Positions 55,478 to 64,000 of a DNA stretch of 64,000 bases are shown here, piece by piece. This stretch comes from Klebsormidium nitens (Eukaryota; Plantae; Klebsormidiophyceae). The first letter of the stretch is position 1. The number at the start of each line of letters is the position of its first letter. The DNA is taken from positions 100 to 64,099 of the forward strand of contig DF237476.1 in assembly GCA_000708835.1 (NCBI GenBank), written 5' to 3'. A program made the translations under genes and the position numbers. The notes under the pieces are model-generated. The model worked only from the letters and a program-made list of their open reading frames with translations. It was not told where the DNA came from and did no database searches.

Positions 55478-58400
55478 ATGACAGCTCTAACGTATGCGGC
55501 CCAGGTGGCCCCAGCAGTAAGTCCCCGTTTTCTGACTTTGCCTGACATCACCTTGATTGTCTTTCTCACATTGCTGCTGCATGCAGCCCCCTGGCCTGTG
55601 CGTTCTGCTCACCAGCAATCCAGACATGAAGCCCCAATCAAGGCAAGAATGGCCCAGAACGACACACGCCCCCCGGCATTCCCCAACTTCACAATCTCCC
55701 ATTTCTCTGGAAGTAGCAAAGCAGTAACCAGAGAAGCATGGTGTATAACCGTTCTCTTTGTCCTGCAGCTCGCAGGCTGCGCCTTCGTTCAAACGCACTC
55801 TGCCCCTCGCCAGCGCGCTCCCATCCCAGGTTGTTCCCCCGTTCCATCCAGAAAGGCCCCCCTTCGGCGTGCAGCACTAAGCCACTGGCCCAGGGCTATT
55901 CAGCTGAGCTCATGGAAAAGTCCAAGTGACAAGACCCAGCTAGGACGGCGAACGCGGGTGGTGCACGCTGCAGCGCAGACAGAGGCAGCCCCATTGGACA
56001 AGACATGGTCCAATCCGAGCGGCAATGTGCTGACAGAGGTGGTGCCGGGCCAGGTAAGACGGAGCTGAACGTTTGAGGGCTGTCCTTTGCTTTGAAATGC
56101 AACGCTACGAGAGGCGCCACGACGTTGTGGACTTGATGAGAGTCTCGTGAGTGGCCAGTGGACTTAAGTTGAGCAATGCAGCTCTTTTCAGTAATTGATA
56201 ACCTGCACGATATGCTTTCGAGAAAGTAAGAAGTAAGAGCCAGGTTGGTCTAACGTCGGCCATTGAGACCCGGGTTCGAAAGTTGGCCCCCTGTTGAACG
56301 TATTAGGCTGTTTGTTGAGTTGCTCTACTCTCCTATTTCACCTTCGAACAGTGTGACACTTGGTTGTCAACCAGTGTGACATTTGAAAGGCACGCCGTCT
56401 GCCTTATCAAATCTTGACGGCTTTCCTTCCTTGCCTGGTGTGCAGGTGTGGGCTGCCGAGCGCCCCTTTATGTGGAACGGCATTGACGTGGGTGGCAAGA
56501 TGGGCGTGGTGCGCCTGCGCGACGGCTCCGTGTGGGTGCACAGCCCGGTGCCGCTGGACAATCAGCTGAAAGCAGCCATGGATCAGCTTGGGCCAGTCAA
56601 GCACATCGTGACGCCCAACTACGAGCACGCAGGGTGAGGGGGGCGTGGGAGCAGCCAGCGCAGGAAGGAGAGCAGATCTCTCAGAATGAATTGCTTGATG
56701 ACATTGACGGGCTGTATAAGATGTTGGTTGATGTTGGAGTGGTGATCATCTATCCTGAGCCATCTTAGCATGTGTCGCGTGACGATACTTGTCTTTATGA
56801 CTGAGGTGTCTTCCTTCACCCCCCGGGCGTCAAAGGAGGACGGTACCTGGTCAAACGTCTGCTCGAGTTGAACTGGAGTGCTTGCAGCTTCCGAGCTCCC
56901 TGCGACGTTTCTTCTGAAAGCAAGAATCTTGCGACCTTTTCGGAGCTCTGACATCAAGTACTGTTTGCAGCTTCGCTCAGCAGTGGATCGAAGCTTACCC
57001 GGACGCCAAAGCTTATGGTGAGCGTCTCCTGCGATCGATCACAGCTGGCACGACCTTGTCAACGATGACGACACCCTGGCTGCTTCTCTCAAGGCCACAT
57101 GCCAGGGTGCAAGCTACACAATCATTCTTCCTTCGACGTTCCTTCGACCTCTTTCTCTGATTCGTACAGTCCGTTCTTGAATGAGGCAGATGGCCAGGTT
57201 TTCGAAGTCCAACTTAGGTGTGTCACAAGCTACACAACGGTTCTTTCTCAAAACCATTGGAGGTAGTTTTTGTGTGAGCCTGCTGGTTTTATTCTAGCTC
57301 TTTTGTCGACATTACCTGGCGGACGACAATATTGGAAGGAGACTCCGACTCTGCCATGCTTCGATTGAATCCCAGGTTGGACACGTCGACTTCTCTGCTT
57401 ACACGTTGGTGTCAGTACAAGATTAGATACCCCTTCCTTTGCCCCGAGTGTCCGCTTGAGTGGTGTTAGACGGCTCCGATGCACGTGCTTGTCTGCCCCG
57501 TACCATGTGTAGTTGCCTCTTGGGCTGATAAGGTGCACGAAGCTTCTCCAACCCGCAATCATATTTGGGAGGCCCTTTGGTTGCTCTCTGGATCCCTGGA
57601 ATCGGCCGACATCCCCTTTGCAAGGAATGTGTGTTGTTGGGAACTATCTACAAGAATGTAGGAATTGGCGGGAGACATGTTTTGGGACTTATTACCGAAC
57701 AAACTTTCCTTTCCTCGTGTCGAATCGCTTTCACCTTTTCACGGACCTTAAGCACGTACAAAGTTTGCGCTCTTCCTCGTCACCACCTCCAGCCTGCCCG
57801 GGGCTCCGAGCAAAGAAGCCCGACGTCAGATACGCTGCGGAGATTGGCGCCAACGGAAGCGCCACGCCAGCGGAGTGGGGGGGGGAGTTCTCCTTCGCGT
57901 TTTTCGACTGCGAGCACAACCCGTTCACGCTTAAGCCCTTCTTCAATGAGGTGACACGGACGTTTCAAACGGGACTGTTCGATCAGAACGGTGCTTCACG
58001 TCCCTACCGCCGCTTGAAATCTTGAGCTCGGTCAGATTTGTGCGGGGACCTTGCTCGCTGACCATAGTTCTCCGATTATCTTCCGCAGTCTATATTTTAA
58101 CGGTTTTGCGACCCTTCCAGTCATCGGCCCTGGCGATGCGATTCGTTTCTTCCTTGCTCTGCCCCGTGGTCGTGCTGTGCCCTGTGGTCGAGCTCTGCCC
58201 TGTGGTCGAGCTTTGCGTAGAGACTTGCGGCATTTCATCAATCGGGAGGCATCGTATAGCAATTTCGGCATCGACAATCAAAGCGGTTGACCTTGCCGTG
58301 CTCGGCGTTCAGGTGGTATACGTGCACCATCCGTCGGGGGTGCTGTTCGTGACGGACCTGTTTTGGAACTATCCGGGGAAGGCGGTCCCCCCGGGCACGT

Positions 58401-58588
58401 TCATATGGAAGCAGGGCATGGACAAGGTGTACCTGCCCTTCTACAAATACTTCATGCTCAAGCGGAAAGACAAGTTTGAGCAGAGGTTGAAAACGGTGTT
58501 GAGCTGGGGCTTCAGTATCATCCTTCCCTGTCATGGTACTGTAGTCGATGAGAAGGCTGCCGATGTGCTCCGGAGACACTTCCAATAA
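55478..58588 (+). CDS. DUF4336-family protein with probable plastid transit peptide, 6 exons, ~330 aa
   Basis: Exons: 55478-55516, 55769-56053, 56446-56633, 56971-57017, 57793-57950, 58313-58588 (993 nt). Motifs: 'MGVVRLRDGSVWVHSPV', 'LGPVKHIVTPNYEH', 'PFFNEVVYVHHPSGVLFVTD', 'WGFSIILPCHG'. The Ala/Ser/Arg-rich N-terminus ending 'RVVHAAA' is transit-like. First exon less certain. Confidence 0.85.
58161..58214 (+). repeat. Intronic minisatellite, 3 x 18 bp
   Basis: gccccgtggtcgtgctgt / gccctgtggtcgagctct / gccctgtggtcgagcttt. Confidence 0.9.
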
Positions 58589-59724
58589 TCAGCAGAACTA
58601 CTCATGGTGTTGGATGAGGTTGAGCGGTCGTAATAGTCGAGTGGCGAGCTAGTGCGTAAGTCTAAATAGATTTCTCAAAAGCAGATTTAAGCAATGATCA
58701 GATAGCTTGCATCTCGGTCTGACGGTTAGTTGACTTCGTCGTAGCTGGTCCTAGGAGCGAGGCGATTGCGGTTCGATCCAGATCAGAACAGAATGCGGAA
58801 GCTCAACGGGCGGCTCTGGTCAAATCGGCCGGGGCACCGTGCAGCTCATCTACTCATATGTTAAGTTCGACATCTGCATGGCATATATGCCGCCATCATT
58901 GCATGTTGAGCACGATCGACGATCATGGCTTCGATATATTACATGCATTTGCAGACGCGGTGTTCGGGGCCCCGGCTGCCGCGTCACGGCGTGCCCCCCG
59001 CGCGCGGCGCGGTACTATAGTCGAGCTGGCAATCATCCCCGGCACATGATTCATGCATGATCATGCAAAGGTGACCGCGGCATTACTAGTAAACTATGCA
59101 TGCTAGGCTACTACTGGCAATTGCAATATTATCCTGCACAATTGAGTTGGTTCGACTTGATTATATATAGCATGACTCTGCGCGGACCAGTCCGAATCAT
59201 GCCAGATCATACATGGGAGTTTCAGATCTTATGTCATTCGACGCGGGGGCCGGACTCTTGGTCGCTGTCGATCCCTGATGCGTGAAAAACACCTATAGTA
59301 CGTTGTTACGCACTTAATACATGCCAGCATAAAAGCAATCATGCTGCTTAGCACGGGCCCCGCGCCAGGAAGTCGGACTTGCCATGCCAGCCTTTCCGGC
59401 CGTGCAGATCAAACTTGTGACTCACTGGCGCGGCGCGGCGCGGCGGCCGCTGCTGGCACCAAGGAGCGCACCAACTGAGTTCTTACTCCGACGAGATGGA
59501 GCAGGCAATAATGGAGTGGAGCAGGGAATAGAGACTTTACTTTACGAATGCTTCCCAGCGGGCGATTCAAGTCCAAGATTGGATATGACGGCCGGAGATA
59601 TCCCCAAGGTAAAGCTTTGATGATTGAGGATGTCTTCATGTCTACGTCTCTCACCAATTGAAGGGATCGACACGACTGGAATCTCTTAACGCAACGTCGG
59701 CAGTACGTTATTGCCTGCCGGCAA

Positions 59725-62700
59725 CTACCTGCTGCGCGGGCTCAGACTGATCAACGACTTCGAAGCAAGGTTGGAGATGGAGGTTGCAATGATCTCTGCG
59801 TTGTTCTTTTGGTACCCGCCTGAAGAAAAGCACAAAGCGCGCAGTCAGCGGCACATTATGGTGGTTATAACCAGGCCTGGAACCAATCTGGGAAAGGGAG
59901 CTAAAGCAGTAATTGCCACCTTCAAGGACGGGAAGTTTTGAAGCTTCAACTCAGAGAGGAGATTGCACACCCTCGCAGAGATGGGACCACCTTACACACC
60001 GTCGGACAACGCTTTACAATGGTCTCGTAAAACGAATCTGCTTTGAGAATTATTTCCCGGTGGTTCGCAGCAAACATTGTTCTTGCCTGACGTCAGCATG
60101 ACGATGGGTATCTTGCGCTTGGTCCGCGTGTAGTCAAACACTAGTTCATCACGCTTTACAATGCCCTCTGCCGTCACCTGCACACACCCCGAGCAACAAG
60201 ATGAGAGCCACAGCACTTCGTGCAAAACACTCGACGAGGAATCCGAGCAACGTTTCGACTTTCGACCCGCCGAGACTTGCGCTGTCGCTCAAAGTCGACC
60301 ACCCGGAGCAGGCGCATTGGCAAAGGTCGAACAAGTGAAGCGACCGTTGGCATTTCGCGTCCGAGAAACAGAGCCATCGTTGCCTAAACAAGCCGATAAG
60401 CGAAGCCGTTAAGCACTGGCTTGAGGAAAGGCCAAATCAACGACAGGAGAGGATCGCACAAGGTCCTAAACATAGAATAAGCGGCGACAGGAAGCGAGTA
60501 TCAAGGCGTGCCTGATAGCACTGAGTAAGCGAGAGAGCATCAGTATAGCGTCGCTCACCCGCAGGAGGCCCAGCGGGTCCCCTTCCAGGACGTCCGTGCC
60601 TGCGGCGTACACAATGAGGTCGGCAGGAAACGTCTCCGCAGCCTGCAATAGGCCAAATGGGAAGAAAGTGAATAAAGCGAGGCAGATGAAGGGGACTAGC
60701 AAATAGTCGGAGCATTCGACGTTGCATTTGCATGGAATGTCGCATGTAAGAAACGGAGCGGGCGGCGAAGGGAGGACGAGCCGAGGTCGGCGTGCGGAAC
60801 GAGAAGTGGAAGGGAGCGCCTTGCCTGAAGAGCTTCTGCCACACGCCGCAGGTAGTCAGCGTTGCGGATGCCGCACTGCGCAACGGGAAAAAAGGGGGTT
60901 GAATGAGCGGACGGATCCTCTCGAGTCGCCGTGTTTACAAAGCAGGTTCGCAAATTACTGGTAGGAGACACATCACCAACGACAAACGTACCGAAAACCA
61001 GCAGCCGTCGTTTTTTCTTTCATTCCACCCTGAACGCTGCTGAAACGTCTCGAGGAGTTGTGAGCTTGCAATCTAGCTTCCTGATGTGCCTTCGGACAAA
61101 AGGACAGACCCTCATCGCACCGGGATAAGTAATCAGACAACCGTGGCTTTACTGCGCCAGCGGTCCTTTTTTGTCGAAAAGAAAGGCTCGACCGTCAGCT
61201 CACCGTCAGGCGGATGGGGCCGCGCATGGCGGCCTTGGCAGGGTGGTCCCAGGGGTCGACCTCCTCGTTGTAGGCGTCGATGATGTAAGCATCGTCTGCA
61301 CGGGCCTGTTAGGGCAGCCAGCATTTGGGTAATGGAGACACATGACCGAGACAAGATACGGACCAAGGTGTGAGCCTGGAAAGGCACAGCCCACCAGCAC
61401 TTTACAATGTCTTTTTTAAAACCTGACCTCCAACAACGACCTAGAGCTGCTGAGGAAAACTCCACCGCGCATTCAAATGACTTGGCGAAGGAGATCGACT
61501 TTAGCACGGTCGGTTCTTTCCACAATGGCGCTGAATACAAATATAAGGATCGCTCACCATCTCCAATGAAGTCCCGCTCATGGCCGTTTCCCTGATGGGC
61601 GTCCAAGTCGACGATCAGTACCCTACAACCAGGACGAAAAACTCAGTCGCTCATGAAACCTCTCGTCTTAAATCCAGAGCGGAAGGGGTTGATCGCCAGC
61701 CAAATTATTGCTTTCTGTTTGGCACGTGGGAAGCCGTAACTGTCGTTTGCTTTTGTATTTCCTCACCGACTTCGCTTGCAGAGAGGTCCCACATATTCGA
61801 CTCACTTGCGAATCCCCAGGCGCGAGCGGGCAAACTCGACAAGCATGGTGATGTCAGCGTAGATGCAGTAGCCCCCCTTGGTGCCCATGTAGGCGCAGGC
61901 ATGGTGGAAACCCCCGCCAAGGTTGATTGCCCACCCGCGCTCTACCGCCAGCTTGCCAGCCAGGACGGAGCCCCCCGTCTGGACTGCCACAGCACACACG
62001 GGGGGGCTTACAACCGCTACTTGTTGAAACTCCTAGATACTGTCCGATAAGCGACTAACACCACAATGACTCGGTTCTCCTTCAGGCCTCAATTCTAGGC
62101 TAAGGGCAGGGCAAACCATTCTCAACGGTGGCCAAACAACGAACGAGCAAAGCAGCCAAGTTCCTTCATGGACAAGGAGCGTGGGCCATGTGAGCTATCT
62201 TGGTTTTGCAAACCTGGGCTCAGCCTCAAAAGTCGGCGCACAAGCATTGGTGCGCAGTCCGCTCCCTCTCACCTGTGTTCTGAAAGGCCGCAGGATGCGC
62301 GCTTGGACCACGAACTTGGGCAGGAGGGCCGCAGGCAGGATCTCCAGGATCTGCGCCACCCTGTAGCTCCAGCACAGGCGGGCCAGATAGGCAGGGGTGT
62401 GCACCTGACAGGACGGAAGGGGGCAGTTATGAGGTTCCGTTTGGAAGCAAGAGGAGGCCACAAAGAAGCAAGAACACCCTCACCATCGCCTGGCGGAGGG
62501 CCTGGCGGAGGTTTGCTCATTGAAGAGACGTCTTTCCTGCCCCAGATAGCAGAGCCTCAATGACAAGCCATCAGATTGCCTTGCCACCAGGGGGTGGGTA
62601 AGAAGTAGGGGGGAGGCTATAGGCCGTAATGCCGTGTGCCGCTCACCACAAGGAGGTCAGACTGCGTTGCCTCCTTCGGCTGCACAATCTGGTCCTTGTG

Positions 62701-63481
62701 GACAACGCCCCAGGCAAGGAGGAAGTCGTGTATCCGCCGATACTTCACCGAGTCAAAGGGATGCCTGCACAGATGGCCACAATCAGTTGGTCTGAGAGTC
62801 CTAGAAAATTGTGACAGGTGAATCAGCTCACAGCAACCAGGGCTGTCTATTGAAACAAGGCTTTGTAATGAGGGGGGATGAACGGCCCACGGAAGCTCAC
62901 AGAGGGCAACGCGGTGCACTCACAGGATGGCAAGCAGGGGGTCGAGGATGCCAAAGGAGACATTGTACCCAGGGTGGTACACAATAGGCTCCTGCACCAA
63001 GGGGGTGTGTGACAGGATTTCCTGAGCATGCCTCAGGACAGCGAAAAAGTTGGGCACGCACATCAAATGTTGGCTAGCTGAACCGATAATGTGGGCTTGA
63101 AAGGTGCAATAAATGCAAGATTACTGGCCCTGAAGTAGAAACCCTTTGAAATCAGGCACATGGCCACAACCCTGAGAAAGTTCCCGCAGCATATAATCAC
63201 AATTCAATGAAGCAAAGTGAAAAACTTGAAGATGCGATGATGGTTTCAGGACGAGGCCACCGTACCTTTTCAGGGCCCACATCCAGGTACAGCTCACTTT
63301 CAGTGATCCTTTGCTCCCTCTGCTGCCGCTGCTCGTTTGTGAGCGCTCGGGGAGGGGCATCCAGATCGAAGTACATCATTTCTTCATTTGGAATGCGCAA
63401 GCTCAACCAATCTTCATGATAGTTTGGGGGCGCCCCGCTGGTAGCGCCGGGGTCAGAGACGAGGGGGCCATTGGCCGCCAT
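59725..63481 (-). CDS. HDA2: Class IV histone deacetylase (HDA2/HDAC11-like), 11 exons, ~394 aa
   Basis: Exons: 63266-63481, 62924-62991, 62647-62764, 62273-62404, 61806-61978, 61558-61622, 61204-61295, 60825-60875, 60559-60642, 60087-60177, 59725-59819 (1185 nt; two GC donors). Motifs: 'LHPFDS', 'WAINLGGGFHHA', 'VDLDAHQGNG', 'AGTDVLEGDPLG', 'MLTSGGY'. Confidence 0.95.
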
Positions 63482-64000
63482 GATGCAAACGAGCCAGTCC
63501 TCGACAGCAGGGTCCTGGGCCCTGGCGTTCTGGCTTGTGCCCCCCTCTGCCTTTTTGGCTGATCAGATTAGGGTTTCTACTTGCAAGTTTCACAACTTTC
63601 ATCCATAAGTTCTTTAAGTTATGGAACTCAAGTCAAGTGCAGTCCAGTCAGGAGTCAGGAGCAGACTTCAGCCTCAGGAGTCAGGACATTCAGAGGCCGA
63701 GAAGGATGCTGACAGTGATACATTTCAACTGTAAAATTCCACATTTCCGCATGATTCCAATCACCTTTTATCAGGAGTTCCGCTGCATATATACCCCTTT
63801 CTAGAGATCGCCGTTTTTGTAGCCGTATAGTACCGTACTGCTTTTTAATATCGGCACCTTCGACGCAAAATAGTTAATTATGAAACGTTTGAAACTTTCG
63901 GCAGACCCAGCGTTACCTGCTAAAATGAACCGTTATCGACCATTATCGCCCTTGAATAATTATTTTAAATTTTCAGCAGGCCAAATAATTATTTAATTTT

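Noticed and set aside
56235-56295. tRNA-like words (tggtctaa ... gggttcgaa) in a DUF4336 intron
   Set aside because: No acceptor stem or cloverleaf can be formed; box spacing and pairing do not fit a tRNA.

Overview
Eukaryotic, intron-rich genomic window with plant-type genes. A charophyte green alga such as Klebsormidium is my inference from gene content, GC-rich exons and mostly 150-800 nt introns; it is not proven. I reconstructed 11 protein-coding genes by hand, checking splice sites and reading phase: transportin MOS14/TNPO3 (-), a bacterial-type PcaH-like intradiol dioxygenase (+), an Enhancer-of-polycomb-like (EPL1/EPCR) protein (-), the NAD(P)HX epimerase/PNP oxidase fusion PDX3 (+), a GH31 alpha-glucosidase (-), a CHI-fold fatty-acid-binding protein (+), the mitochondrial carrier DTC (-), syntaxin SYP7 (+), a small CHCH-like protein (-), a DUF4336 protein (+) and the class IV histone deacetylase HDA2 (-). 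The first ~6.5 kb looks like decayed transposon-derived sequence. The most striking findings are: (1) a pair of tandem-duplicated 84-nt exons in DTC that look like mutually exclusive exons; (2) a probable horizontally acquired intradiol dioxygenase with all iron ligands intact; (3) strictly alternating gene orientation, with a palindrome-dense patch in every convergent spacer; (4) four GC-AG introns in two genes; (5) an 803-N gap that appears spurious because its flanks overlap in frame.
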